From contig OY969559.1 of the NCBI GenBank assembly GCA_963701075.1, forward strand, positions 1,056,001-1,120,000: a DNA stretch of 64,000 bases, in the 5' to 3' direction. The DNA is from an uncultured Nitrososphaerota archaeon. Lineage in GTDB: Archaea; Thermoproteota; Nitrososphaeria; Nitrososphaerales; Nitrosopumilaceae. The notes beneath the pieces were generated by a model that saw only the letters and a list, made by a program, of their open reading frames with translations, made no database searches and was not told the origin of the DNA. Positions 11,033-21,382 of this stretch are shown in pieces. The translations under genes and the position numbers were made by a program. How positions within the stretch are numbered: position 1 is the stretch's first letter; each line of letters begins with the position of its first letter.

Positions 11033-11896
11033 TTGTTGGCCAAAATTCTGCAGGCTACTGTTGTCAAAAATTTTATTCCTCCAAGAAAATCTTTGTCAAG
11101 AAAGGGAGAAAACGGAAAAGTGTTAGTTGTTGGAGGAAGTTATCTGTATCACGGCGCTCCAATTCTCTCATCACTGGCAGCACTCCGGGCAGGGACTGAT
11201 CTAGTTTACACATGTGTACCTAAAACACATGTGACATCCACAAGAGCATATTCACCAAATCTTATTGTAATTCCACTGGTTGACGTCAAGCTTACAAGAG
11301 GTGCAGCTAGAAAATTGGTTGGAATAATTCCAAAGGAACTTGATTCTGCAACTATCGGCATGGGACTTGGAATCCAAGATCGGGAGGCATTAAAGATGCT
11401 GGTAAAAGATCTACTTGACAGAGCAGTTATGTTATCTCTTGACGCAAGCGCCCTCATACCTGAAATTCTTCCTGAAATTAAAGACAAAAAAGTTGTAGTC
11501 ACTCCTCATGCTGGCGAATTCAAAAGATTGTTTGGGGAGATTCCTCCGGATAACGTAAAGCAGAGGACCGCAATGGTGCAAAAACATGCAAAAGACAATG
11601 GCATAACCGTGCTGCTCAAGGGACCAACTGACATTGTTTCAGACGGGGCACAAACGTTCCTTAATCCAAAGAACTTGGCATCAATGACTGTGGGTGGTAC
11701 AGGGGATGTTCTCTCTGGAGTAGTAGCTGCAATGCTATCGAAGAATCGAAAACCTGTAGAGGCAGCATCTGGCGCTGTGTTCATAAATGGAAAAGCAGGT
11801 GCACTGGCACAAAAGAAAAATGGTTTTCACATTGTGGCAACAGACATCTTGGATTTTATTCCAGTAGCAATGAAATCATTTGATAGAGTAAAGTGA
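11033..11896 (+). CDS. nnrD: ADP/ATP-dependent NAD(P)H-hydrate dehydratase
   Basis: KGENGKVLVVGGS, TPHAGEF and GGTGDVLSG. Confidence 0.9.
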   Translation: MLAKILQATVVKNFIPPRKSLSRKGENGKVLVVGGSYLYHGAPILSSLAALRAGTDLVYTCVPKTHVTSTRAYSPNLIVIPLVDVKLTRGAARKLVGIIPKELDSATIGMGLGIQDREALKMLVKDLLDRAVMLSLDASALIPEILPEIKDKKVVVTPHAGEFKRLFGEIPPDNVKQRTAMVQKHAKDNGITVLLKGPTDIVSDGAQTFLNPKNLASMTVGGTGDVLSGVVAAMLSKNRKPVEAASGAVFINGKAGALAQKKNGFHIVATDILDFIPVAMKSFDRVK

Positions 11897-11902
11897 TTTT
11901 GC

Positions 11903-13249
11903 ATGCAGGAACAATATATAGACAAAAACATGCCGGCATTAATTTCTGACTTGCAGAAATTAATTCAACAACCAAGTATATCTGCAAAAAACCTTGGATT
12001 GGAAGAATGTGCAAGACTAGTGGTTGGAATAATGGGCCACTCTGGAATCAAGGCAGAAATACTAAGGCTAGGTAAAAACGTCCCGCCTGTAGTCTATGGG
12101 GAAGTCAGGTCAAAGAAAAACCCCCACAAAACACTCCTGTTTTACAATCATTACGATGTTCAACCCGAAGAACCTCTTGAATTGTGGAATGATGCGCCGT
12201 TTAGCGGTAAGATACGAGGAAACAAAATCTATGGTCGTGGCTCGGCTGATGATAAGGGAGAACTAATCACCCGAATCAAAGCAGTTGAGGCATTTATCAA
12301 AACAACAGGTGATGTACCATGTAACATAAAATTTCTAGTTGAAGGCGAAGAAGAAATTGGCAGCATGCATGTTGAAGAATATCTGAAAAGATACCAAAAG
12401 AAGCTGTCATGTGATGGCATAATCTGGGAATTTGGATATGTTGATGAAAAGGACAGACCTGTAATCAGCCTTGGCATGAAAGGTTTGCTGTATGTTGAGC
12501 TCTCTGTACAGGAATCCATTCGTGACGCTCATTCTAGCCTGGCAGTCTTAATTGAAAATCCGGCTTGGAGATTGATCGGAGCGCTAAAAACACTACGTGA
12601 TAAAAATGGATTAATTCTCATTAAAGATTGGTATAGAGAAGTTGATAATTTTACAAAAGAGGAACTTGGTGTAATTGCCAGAGAACCATTTGATGAAAAA
12701 TCGTTCAAAAAAGAATATGGTATAAAGAGATTTGTGGGAAATAGAAAAGGAATAGACATACGAAAGGCAGTGGTAGGTGATCCTACTTGTAACATAGCAG
12801 GATTTTCATCTGGATGGGAAGGACCTGGAGCAAAAACAGTTTTACCATCAAAGGCGCTAGTAAAAATTGATTTTAGACTTGTTCCAAAAATGGATCCTCT
12901 GAGGCAACTATCTAGACTAAAGCGACATCTCAAAGACAAAGGATTCGGGGATGTCAAAATACAAATGATTCATGGGGAAGCAGCTTCTAGAACTACAATA
13001 TCTGATCCATTTGTAAAGTTAGTAAAGAAGGCAGCAGACGAATCTTTTGGAACGTCAATAATAAGCGTCTCCTCTGCTGGGACAGGACCAATGCATTCGT
13101 TTTCCAAAGTGCTCAAGGCCCCATGCATTTCAATTGGGAGTACGTATGTCTATGCAAGGATCCACTCACCTAATGAATTTGCAAGAATTGACCTGCTAAA
13201 AAAGACAACAAAATGCATGTGTAAAATAATAAAAAAATTCAATGCCTAG
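11903..13249 (+). CDS. M20-family metallopeptidase/deacylase
   Basis: YNHYDVQP, GRGSADDKG, EGEEEIGS and HSPNE. Confidence 0.85.
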   Translation: MQEQYIDKNMPALISDLQKLIQQPSISAKNLGLEECARLVVGIMGHSGIKAEILRLGKNVPPVVYGEVRSKKNPHKTLLFYNHYDVQPEEPLELWNDAPFSGKIRGNKIYGRGSADDKGELITRIKAVEAFIKTTGDVPCNIKFLVEGEEEIGSMHVEEYLKRYQKKLSCDGIIWEFGYVDEKDRPVISLGMKGLLYVELSVQESIRDAHSSLAVLIENPAWRLIGALKTLRDKNGLILIKDWYREVDNFTKEELGVIAREPFDEKSFKKEYGIKRFVGNRKGIDIRKAVVGDPTCNIAGFSSGWEGPGAKTVLPSKALVKIDFRLVPKMDPLRQLSRLKRHLKDKGFGDVKIQMIHGEAASRTTISDPFVKLVKKAADESFGTSIISVSSAGTGPMHSFSKVLKAPCISIGSTYVYARIHSPNEFARIDLLKKTTKCMCKIIKKFNA

Positions 13250-13375
13250 CGGGGAAAATCTTGGGCAGGCGATTTTTTGCATGTAGGCTAAGTGTCTGAT
13301 CTTGACGGCAAGAAGAATTCGGATCACAAGCGATTTAGAGAAAGGCCTTTATTGTGCTCATTTGGCAGTTCAATT

Positions 13376-13969
13376 ATGGCCTTTATGTACATGCCAGGCG
13401 CCACGGCAGTTGGAATAACCTATGATGGAGGTATAGTACTAGCAAGCGAGAGAAGGATATCTTATGGAAATTTTGTAGTAAGTAAAAACACAAAGAAGAC
13501 TTTTAAAATAACAGATTTTGTAGGCGCATGCTGTGCAGGAATGGTAGCAGATATGCAAGTTTTGGCAATGCAGATGCGTGCACTGACAAAGATTAGAAAA
13601 TTGGAACTCAAAAGGGAGATTCCGCCAAATTCTGTAGCTAAAATGATGTCATCTCTCATGTATGAAAGGAGATTCTATCCTTTGCTCACTCAGGTAATTG
13701 TCGGTGGTGTTAATGGTGACGCTGCAATTTACACACTTGACCCGTTAGGTTCTGTTCTTCCAGATGATTATGCAGCTGTAGGTACAGGTGCAGAGATGGC
13801 ACTGGGAGTATTAGATCAGGAGTTCAAAAAAGGAATGAAGGAAAAGGACGCAGTAACACTTGCAGTAAAATCAATCAAATCTGCTATAATGCGAGATGCG
13901 GCAAGCGGAGATGGTATTGATGTGCTTGTTATTGACAAGACTGGGGCAAGAGAGTCCACCGAAAACTAG
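13376..13969 (+). CDS. psmB: 20S proteasome beta subunit
   Basis: Ntn-hydrolase pattern GATAVGI, AGMVADMQ, LDPLGS and RDAASGDGID. The ATG at 13376 is the likely start. Confidence 0.9.
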   Translation: MAFMYMPGATAVGITYDGGIVLASERRISYGNFVVSKNTKKTFKITDFVGACCAGMVADMQVLAMQMRALTKIRKLELKREIPPNSVAKMMSSLMYERRFYPLLTQVIVGGVNGDAAIYTLDPLGSVLPDDYAAVGTGAEMALGVLDQEFKKGMKEKDAVTLAVKSIKSAIMRDAASGDGIDVLVIDKTGARESTEN

Positions 13970-14446
13970 TTACTTTTTTATCGTTTTTGCAGATTCCCAA
14001 TATTTGTCTGAAATATAATGTAAATTCTTGACTACCTCTCCTTTTGTGATGTTGGGCATTTCATCGCTGGGTATGAGGGATTTTCCTATTGCAAGAAATT
14101 TGTTATGGGTTTCCTCTGCAACACATATGATTTGATCCTTTTGAAAATCAGTATATTTTTTGATTCCTGGGCGCATGATATTTGCCCCGTTGCACACGAA
14201 CTTTATTGCTCCTGCATCTACCATGATTTTTGGAAATTTTTCAAGCAAGGAAGTTTCGGAAAGAAATGGAAGATATGTTTCACCAATTTTAACTGCCATG
14301 AAACTATCGCCTGTGATTATAGACGTTTCATCATCAATCTCATATTTCACTAATGTCTTTAGTTTTGGTAACTCTATTTTCCACTGGGATGCAATTGCTT
14401 CAAGAATATCATTGCTGTCACTTTTAGATAGTGGATGTGATTTCAA
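13970..14446 (-). CDS. PUA-domain RNA-binding protein (MCT-1/Tma20-like)
   Basis: VDAGAIKFVCNGANIMRPGI and NLHYISDKYW. Confidence 0.85.
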   Translation of the reverse strand: MKSHPLSKSDSNDILEAIASQWKIELPKLKTLVKYEIDDETSIITGDSFMAVKIGETYLPFLSETSLLEKFPKIMVDAGAIKFVCNGANIMRPGIKKYTDFQKDQIICVAEETHNKFLAIGKSLIPSDEMPNITKGEVVKNLHYISDKYWESAKTIKK

Positions 14447-15462
14447 ACTCTAGACATTTCCTGTTTTATATCAAGCAAATCACGCAATATGGAACTTGCA
14501 GTCTCCATGCCGCCGGCACCGCGTCCAATTATGGTCTGTTGACCAGAATGTTCTGAATTAAAGGTAATTGCATTTAATGTCCCGTTGACACAAAGCGGGT
14601 CTTCTACTGATATTTCTCTTGGAGCTACCTCTAGATCTTTATTGCATGATGCGATTAGTTTGACTGCGGCACGATTAGCAGATGCTTTCTTAATATCAGA
14701 AGTTGATACGTCTCTAATCCCAATTCTCTTGATATCCTTGATGGTTACTTTCATGTCCATTATCCAGTTTGCAAGTATTACAAGCTTGGCTGCTGCATCA
14801 AAACCATCGATATCCAACGACTCATCGGCCTCAACATATCCTTTTTTCTTTGCATCTGCAAGTGCTGTCTTAAACGTCATACCGCCCGCCATGTTTGTAA
14901 GAATATAATTTGTTGTACCGTTTAGGATGCCTTGAAAAGAAACTATTCTTTCTCCTCTGAGGCTATTTTTTGCATAATCTAGTATTGGAGTGCCCCCGCC
15001 CACAGTTCCACTAAATCTTAATTGTACCTGATTGTATGTGGCTAACTCTATCAATGACGGAAACGCAAGTGCCAGAGGACCCTTATTTACTGTGATAACA
15101 TGAAGACCTTTTTTCATTGCAGTCACTATATGTGACATGCCAGGCTCTGCATCCTTGTAGTTACTTGGTGTGGTCTCAATTAAAACTTCAGCCTCCATAC
15201 CATTTATCATGTCTAGTCCGTTTGCTTCTTTTTCCTTGTTGTGATACTTTCGTATGTTTCCGTATTTTTTCTTGACTTCTAGCAATCTGTTTAGATCAAT
15301 ACCTGCAGAAGAAGCAGCAGAACCTTTACTATCGAACACGCCAACAATTCTAGGCTTGAGTCCATGTTTTGCGTAAAGATCCTCAGATCTTGAAAGAAGA
15401 AGCTTTGCAAAACTTTGTCCTACCACACCAAAGCCACACAGTATTATGCGCAACATCCACAA
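14443..15462 (-). CDS. hom: Homoserine dehydrogenase
   Basis: GFGVVG, TVNKGP, GILNGTTNYIL and GAGGMETAS. Confidence 0.9.
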   Translation of the reverse strand: MWMLRIILCGFGVVGQSFAKLLLSRSEDLYAKHGLKPRIVGVFDSKGSAASSAGIDLNRLLEVKKKYGNIRKYHNKEKEANGLDMINGMEAEVLIETTPSNYKDAEPGMSHIVTAMKKGLHVITVNKGPLALAFPSLIELATYNQVQLRFSGTVGGGTPILDYAKNSLRGERIVSFQGILNGTTNYILTNMAGGMTFKTALADAKKKGYVEADESLDIDGFDAAAKLVILANWIMDMKVTIKDIKRIGIRDVSTSDIKKASANRAAVKLIASCNKDLEVAPREISVEDPLCVNGTLNAITFNSEHSGQQTIIGRGAGGMETASSILRDLLDIKQEMSRV

Positions 15463-15536
15463 GACGCATGTTGGGATTAATTAAGATTCATGAATTCCGA
15501 GATTCCTTTATTAAAGCTTGAAAAACTTCGGATATA

Positions 15537-16196
15537 GTGAAATCTAAAAAATATGCTTACGTCGGAATTGCAGCAGCGGCTAGCATTGCAGCTGTAGTTG
15601 TATTTTTCACTCAATTCAATATGGCACCCACAGAACCAAGTGCACCAACTGGACTTTCGGCATATACTTTGGATTTTACCTATGCAGAAGTGAATTCAGA
15701 CTTGAAAAATATTCTAATAAGTCAGAACATAAACATGTCAAAACCTGTGAAGTTTAGCACTCAATCTGACATTAATCAATACTGCAATTTTCTCACTAAT
15801 CAGACAAGACAAGCCATGATTGAATATTGCACTTCCACAGAAATAAAGGACGAACATGGTAATTTCCTTGGAAATCTTGACATGATAGGATCTCCACTCA
15901 CTCCTGTGATGGTGATTGCAGCAGCACAATCTGATCCTATGTTTGGTAACTATAACGATGTAAAAATTCTATTTGGAGATGTTGTTAATGAAACAATCTG
16001 TCAGTGTTGGGCAACGGAAACACCAGGTAACTATACTACATTGTCAGGCATGATGGACGCGCTCCGCGATTTTCATGTGAAAGGAAAAGAACCTGATAGC
16101 ACTACTCACGGTGTACCATTAAACGACAAACACTTTGAAATAGAATTAACTACAACCAGTCAAGGCTATTTGTGGAAATTACTTGTGGCCAAGTAA
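15537..16196 (+). CDS. Membrane-anchored hypothetical protein
   Basis: N-terminal hydrophobic anchor and a Cys-containing extracytoplasmic domain. Confidence 0.6.
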   Translation: MKSKKYAYVGIAAAASIAAVVVFFTQFNMAPTEPSAPTGLSAYTLDFTYAEVNSDLKNILISQNINMSKPVKFSTQSDINQYCNFLTNQTRQAMIEYCTSTEIKDEHGNFLGNLDMIGSPLTPVMVIAAAQSDPMFGNYNDVKILFGDVVNETICQCWATETPGNYTTLSGMMDALRDFHVKGKEPDSTTHGVPLNDKHFEIELTTTSQGYLWKLLVAK

Positions 16197-16256
16197 TTAC
16201 TCTATACTCAGGTCCATTAAGCTTGACGCGCTCACTTAATCCATGGAAATTTCAAT

Positions 16257-17036
16257 TTGGTGTTAGCATTGCTTGAATATCTATGGCTAATACCACTTGG
16301 TTTTGCTGCTGGTATCATAGGATCGATGATTGGCCTTGGGGGTGGATTTGTTATTGTACCCGCATTGACTTTTGCTGGGTTTTCGCCTACTCTTGCAGCA
16401 AGTGATAGCCTCTTTGCCGCCTTTTGTAATGCAGTAGCATCTACACTATCTTATGCTAGGCAAAAACGGATTGTGTATTCCCTAGGGATAAAACTGGCGT
16501 TGTTTTCCATTCCGGGAACAGTGCTTGGAGCGTATATCTCAGATGAAATATCTGCTTCTGCATTCAAGATACTATTTGGCATAGTACTGGTTGCTTCTAG
16601 TGTCTATATTTACTCTAGAAGAAAGATGGAGCCTAAAGAATACCATCTTTCAAAACAGATCATGATGCTTGCAATAGGTGCTAGCTTTTTTGCAGGTATA
16701 ATCTCAAGCCTATTTGGAATTGGGGGAGGTACTGTCTTTATTCCTCTCATGGTTGTAGCAATAGGATTATCCATGAAACTAGCTGCCCCTACATCGCAAT
16801 TCATATTGATGTTTGCAGCCGCATCTGGAATGATTGTCCATTCTCTATTGGGTCATCCTGATTATGCTCAGGCTGGTTTGTTGTCAATAGGCGCATTTGC
16901 TGGAGGAATTGTGGGAAGTAAAATGTCGTCAAGAGTAGACGAAAGAAAACTCAAGATATTTGTCACACTGGTGCTTGCTATCACGTCAATCAAGCTCTTC
17001 ATGGACGCTTTTAACACTCCGGTTAAAACACACTGA
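16257..17036 (+). CDS. Sulfite exporter TauE/SafE family permease
   Basis: Duplicated GLGGG/GIGGG..P motif in a highly hydrophobic protein. Confidence 0.85.
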   Translation: MVLALLEYLWLIPLGFAAGIIGSMIGLGGGFVIVPALTFAGFSPTLAASDSLFAAFCNAVASTLSYARQKRIVYSLGIKLALFSIPGTVLGAYISDEISASAFKILFGIVLVASSVYIYSRRKMEPKEYHLSKQIMMLAIGASFFAGIISSLFGIGGGTVFIPLMVVAIGLSMKLAAPTSQFILMFAAASGMIVHSLLGHPDYAQAGLLSIGAFAGGIVGSKMSSRVDERKLKIFVTLVLAITSIKLFMDAFNTPVKTH

Positions 17037-17074
17037 TGGTAGCATGGGGAAATAAATGCTGAAATAGTTTTCAG

Positions 17075-17542
17075 TTATTTTCTGGTCGGAGGTTCCTTTC
17101 TAATTTGGTAAAGATTTCTTTTAGATAAAAGAACAATCTCCCCGTTGTCTTTTGTCCCTTCAAAATCAATTGATATTAGACCAAACTCATCATTAAGATC
17201 GCGCTTGTCCGATATCTTGAATTTGATTTTTAATTTTTCATCTGTGTTGACAGGCTTGAGAAATCTAGTTTGTCTGTTGTTCCAAGCTGGATCTCCATCT
17301 ATGCCATAGAAAATCAAAAGGTTGCCATACATTTCTTCAAGCCTTGTAAATTCCCCTTCTATTCTTGCTAGTATGGCTCTACCTGAAACCATTTTACCGC
17401 GTTGGTGTGAAAGTTCTCCCTTTTCATAAATTATGTTCTTTATTCCTGAAAAGGAAAGATATCTGTCAAGATCATCTGAAGAAATCTTACACTCTGAAAA
17501 AAACTCGTCTCCAATTTTAAGCTCGGAGAACTTTTTCATCAA
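17075..17542 (-). CDS. MaoC-like hotdog-fold (acyl-CoA dehydratase-like) protein
   Basis: FSELKIGDEF N-terminus and RFLKPV..D motif; overlaps the stop of the upstream SDR. Confidence 0.6.
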   Translation of the reverse strand: MMKKFSELKIGDEFFSECKISSDDLDRYLSFSGIKNIIYEKGELSHQRGKMVSGRAILARIEGEFTRLEEMYGNLLIFYGIDGDPAWNNRQTRFLKPVNTDEKLKIKFKISDKRDLNDEFGLISIDFEGTKDNGEIVLLSKRNLYQIRKEPPTRK

Positions 17543-19327
17543 GATCTTGTTTCGTCTGGATAGTAAATTACTTCTGAGTTTGTAACTGCTTTTCCAGATC
17601 TGAAGAAATTCACCGCATTTAGGATTTTTGAGTTGTCTGGTTCTGTCCCATCAATACTTCCAGGAAGAATTAGGTGTATTCTGATTTTTGACTTGAGAAC
17701 ATCACTTAGTTCCTGATTGACTGTTGTGACAAAAGGTCTTAGTGCTCCTCTGAACACTTCTACTTTTGCTCTGTCTCTGCCTGTTACCTTGCTGCCTGAT
17801 GGCATGTCTGGACCAATTATTATGATGCTGCCTTCTTTTTCCTTGAAAAGAGGCGGGTTTTTTGCTCCCCCTGGAACAAATCTGTTAAGGACTTCTTGAA
17901 GGACAAGGGCAGGCGTGTTTATGAATTTGTCTACTAGGCCATCCCATTGTTGCCTTGATAGACTCTGTAATCTTTGGGACTTGAGGCAATTTTCCAGTTA
18001 CATAAATCACTGCATTTATTGGCCCTATCTTTTCTGTGGCTGTATTTAGCATTCTTTTCATGTTTTCTTGACTGTTGATATCCATCACATGCGAATGAAA
18101 CTTGGATAATCGTTCTTCAGCCTGCTTGATGCTGGTCTTTGAAATCAAAATTACAGTTTTTCCTCCATTGTTTTCAATATTTTGTGCAAGATGTTCTACT
18201 CTTGATACATCTGACTCTTCTGTGGCATCTACTACAAACAAAATTACTTTTGAGTTATAGTCTGGCTTGGTATCTGGTATTGAGCAAGCTATATGTGGTT
18301 TAACAGGATAGAAGACTCTGTCGCCTGGAATTACTTTGCCATTTAGAATCTTTGATATGTTTTCATCACATAGCATAAGGACAGTTTCAGCAACTTGCTG
18401 CTGTGACAAGAACTGTTCATCTGCAATCATTTTGCTAGTATTATTTTGAATCTTTTCTGCAATCTGTTGTATTTTGACCAAAAGCGAGGTGATTGTATTG
18501 TCAAGTTTTTGAATTTCTGGTTCTGACGTTATCGACTTTGTCTTTGCTAGCTTTGTTGTTGCTTGTCTTACTCCATTTTTTACTGTGTTCTCATCTTCGC
18601 CTAATAACGGAAGGATATCATTGTTGACCGTCTCTACTTCCTCTGGAGTTATATTTTCAAAACCACTGACTCGCATAAACTCTGCTGCTGCTTTTGGATA
18701 TACGGTTTTGTATATTCTGTCAGAATGAACTGGCCCAGGATTTGTAGCAATTGATATTATTCCTTTGTCTGTAAGCTCCCACGACATTGCCTCTGCAAGT
18801 CTATTCTTTGCTCCTTGAGAAGCTGTATATGGACTTCTAAACCTGTATGGTCTTTGCTCAAACGGGCGTTCTTCTGTGAAGAAAGTAGATATTGTTACAA
18901 TTTTGCATCCTGATTTCATGGATTTGATTGCCTGAGCTGAAGTCCAAAATGTACCGGTGAGGTGAATACCGACAGTACTCTTGAAATCACTCATTGGGGA
19001 ATTGGCAAAACATGTTACTGGACCTGAAACTCCTGCGTTATTTACTAAAATATCGACGGTTCCATGAGTCTTCTTTAAATCTTCAAACATTTGAGAAACC
19101 CCTGCCTCATCGCTGACATCAACTCCTGGGAAAATTTTCACAAACGCACCGCTTTTGGCTTTGTCAATTATTGGTTGCAGCTCCTTGGCAGCTTCTTCAA
19201 GCGGCTCCTTTCTTCTTCCTAAAATGACTATATTTGCACCATTTTCGGCAAATTTGATCGCTATTGCTTTTCCAATTCCAGTGCCGCTACCAGTGATAAC
19301 CACGAGTTTATCTTGGAACTTTAACAT
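17539..19327 (-). CDS. Large two-domain SDR oxidoreductase; one apparent +1 indel at 17962
   Basis: TGSGTGIG, NNAG and NPGPVHSDRI. Removing one base at 17962 restores TELSRQQWDGLVDKF and joins ORFs 17885-19327 and 17539-17805. Confidence 0.8.
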
Positions 19328-19426
19328 TAACAGAATTTGGCATGTTTTGGACTATTTATTCGATTGTGCCTATGCGCTAGTGTTGGCACACTAATATTTA
19401 TTTGAGGGTCAAATTCAACCTGACGC

Positions 19427-19663
19427 ATGCACGATTCTGAACCTGATACTATTGTACGAAAAAACAAGCCAAAAGAATACTGTGATCTGTTGGAAAAGAT
19501 TGGGATAAATGCGGAACCAAAACAATTTGAGACAGACGAAGTTGAAAAAAGTGATTATTATTCAAAGTATTTCTCACATTCACCAGCTATGGTTACAAAC
19601 CATGGTTGTATAGATCTAAAAGGAAGTAACATCGATATTATTCAAATCATCCAGAAGGGTTGA
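19427..19663 (+). CDS. Hypothetical protein
   Basis: ATG-initiated ORF downstream of an AT-rich promoter-like stretch; operonic with the next gene. Confidence 0.5.
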   Translation: MHDSEPDTIVRKNKPKEYCDLLEKIGINAEPKQFETDEVEKSDYYSKYFSHSPAMVTNHGCIDLKGSNIDIIQIIQKG

Positions 19664-19664
19664 A

Positions 19665-20048
19665 ATGTCACAAGATCTAAATCCGTCACCTTGGGGAGCA
19701 CAAGACAGATTTCAAGCTCATTTTATTGTCAAAACTAAAAACCAACTAGCAGATACTGATGATCTTCTTGCCAAAACAAAACTAAATACCGAAGGACACT
19801 TTTCCACAAAGAAAGTATCTGGAATAGAATGGGTTGGAGGAAACCTTACAGCATCTCTAAATTCAGACGAAGAACTCAAAAACATGATTTTGAAGCTCCC
19901 TCCAAATGACGCCTTAATTTGGGTAGAGCCAACCAAGAAAGGAATTAGAATTCATGGTAAATGGAAGAGTAGTCAAGAATTGGGTATTACAAAAGAACTA
20001 TTCGATGTCTATGACAGGATAGCTTCTCATATCAAAAAACTTCTCTAG
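19665..20048 (+). CDS. Hypothetical protein
   Basis: 127 aa ORF with normal composition. Confidence 0.6.
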   Translation: MSQDLNPSPWGAQDRFQAHFIVKTKNQLADTDDLLAKTKLNTEGHFSTKKVSGIEWVGGNLTASLNSDEELKNMILKLPPNDALIWVEPTKKGIRIHGKWKSSQELGITKELFDVYDRIASHIKKLL

Positions 20049-20584
20049 GCTCGCCACCAGTCAAGTGCTAAGCAATCAATCTTATTTCCTCTTGGAATTG
20101 CAAGGATGAACTGCTTTCGAACGGTTGTAGCCAATCTACCTGCTAAAACAACTGCGGTTGCAGATATTGTATCTGTGGAATTGTAAACCTGTAACAAATA
20201 TGGTGCATGGTCAATACCTGGACCTTTTTGGTAAACTGCAAAATCACAACCAAACTTGATTCCGGGATTTATGATATATCCTTTATCTCTAAAATCTTTG
20301 TAAACAAGATATTTCTTGTCAAAGTTGTGATGCTCACGTCTACATATATCCAACATTTCATTTGGGACGACTTTCTTTTTAGCTTGATAGATCTTCAATT
20401 TTGATTTCTCTAGAAGATAATATCCTTCTATGAGATCTAAAATCAAAGGTACGTTAATCTCGTCAGGTTTTGGTTTTGTGATTCCGATTGGTTTTCCATA
20501 ATATCCGTTGACAAATAATGACTTTGATTCTTCCAAATCCCATACTACTATTCTGTTCTCGATTAGTTCTCCTTTCAAGTACAT
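20045..20584 (-). CDS. endA: tRNA-intron endonuclease (catalytic subunit)
   Basis: PGIKFGCDFAVY, GPGIDHAPY and RLATTVRK, carrying the catalytic Tyr/His/Lys. Confidence 0.9.
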   Translation of the reverse strand: MYLKGELIENRIVVWDLEESKSLFVNGYYGKPIGITKPKPDEINVPLILDLIEGYYLLEKSKLKIYQAKKKVVPNEMLDICRREHHNFDKKYLVYKDFRDKGYIINPGIKFGCDFAVYQKGPGIDHAPYLLQVYNSTDTISATAVVLAGRLATTVRKQFILAIPRGNKIDCLALDWWRA

Positions 20585-20657
20585 CTATCACGAATAAGGC
20601 AATTGATTTTAGTGTTTACAAAATGTTGTAAAAAAAGAGAAAGATAGTTTCAAGATT

Positions 20658-21311
20658 TTATAGGCTAAGAGCCAGTAGAATGAATGAATCTGACACCTGA
20701 AGGCATTTGTCAGACATTTCCTCTATGCCTTCCACCACATCTTTTAGAAGCATTAGTTCCTTTGTAGTTGTAACCTCGTCCAAGACCTTTATGGTTAACG
20801 CGCGATATTTTTCATCTACCATTCTTTCCATCTTCTGGGCTTCGTGGGCCAGATCAATTGCAACTGTGGCATTACCGCCCATTGCACGAACAATTTCGTT
20901 TATCTTATAGATCTGGTCTACTGCCTGCTCAATCAATTCTGATAGGTCTTTTTCTATTTTTTCCTTCTTCAGCGTGGCTCCCTTTATGTTTGATAGCTTG
21001 AAGGCTATGCCTGTGATGTAACCTGCGATTTCATCCATCGTGTATGCAGTATTCAACAGGTTCTCTCTGTTCATCATGAGTCCACCCACATCTGCAATTT
21101 CGCGAGTTATTTTTCTGCGCAAAGCCTCAACTTCATCCTCGGTGTTCTTTATTCTCTCAAGAACTTGTTTTACCTCTGACTTGTCAGCCTTGATTATCAA
21201 CTCGGGAAGTGATGAGAGGTCCCTCACGGCGTTAAGGATCCTGTTTATTTCATCCTGCAAAACGGCAAGTGCCTTTCTCTTTGCCTGAACTTCAAGTTCT
21301 CCGCTGTACAT
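20658..21311 (-). CDS. DUF47 / PhoU-like phosphate transport regulator
   Basis: All-helical protein with EDEVEALRR and IEEMSDKC repeats. Confidence 0.75.
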   Translation of the reverse strand: MYSGELEVQAKRKALAVLQDEINRILNAVRDLSSLPELIIKADKSEVKQVLERIKNTEDEVEALRRKITREIADVGGLMMNRENLLNTAYTMDEIAGYITGIAFKLSNIKGATLKKEKIEKDLSELIEQAVDQIYKINEIVRAMGGNATVAIDLAHEAQKMERMVDEKYRALTIKVLDEVTTTKELMLLKDVVEGIEEMSDKCLQVSDSFILLALSL

Positions 21312-21382
21312 CTAGACGTTTAATTCTATGCCAGCAGCTAATAATCCTTACGTAAAGAGCTTTTGATCAAGTTAATCTTTAC

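Noticed and set aside
10802-11199. ORFs 10802-11032 (-) and 10963-11199 (+)
   Set aside because: They overlap the repaired trmI C-terminus and nnrD; shadow ORFs.
19427-20048. Two adjacent hypothetical ORFs as one frameshifted gene
   Set aside because: The junction is a clean TGA-A-ATG with no AGCT context, consistent with two coupled genes.
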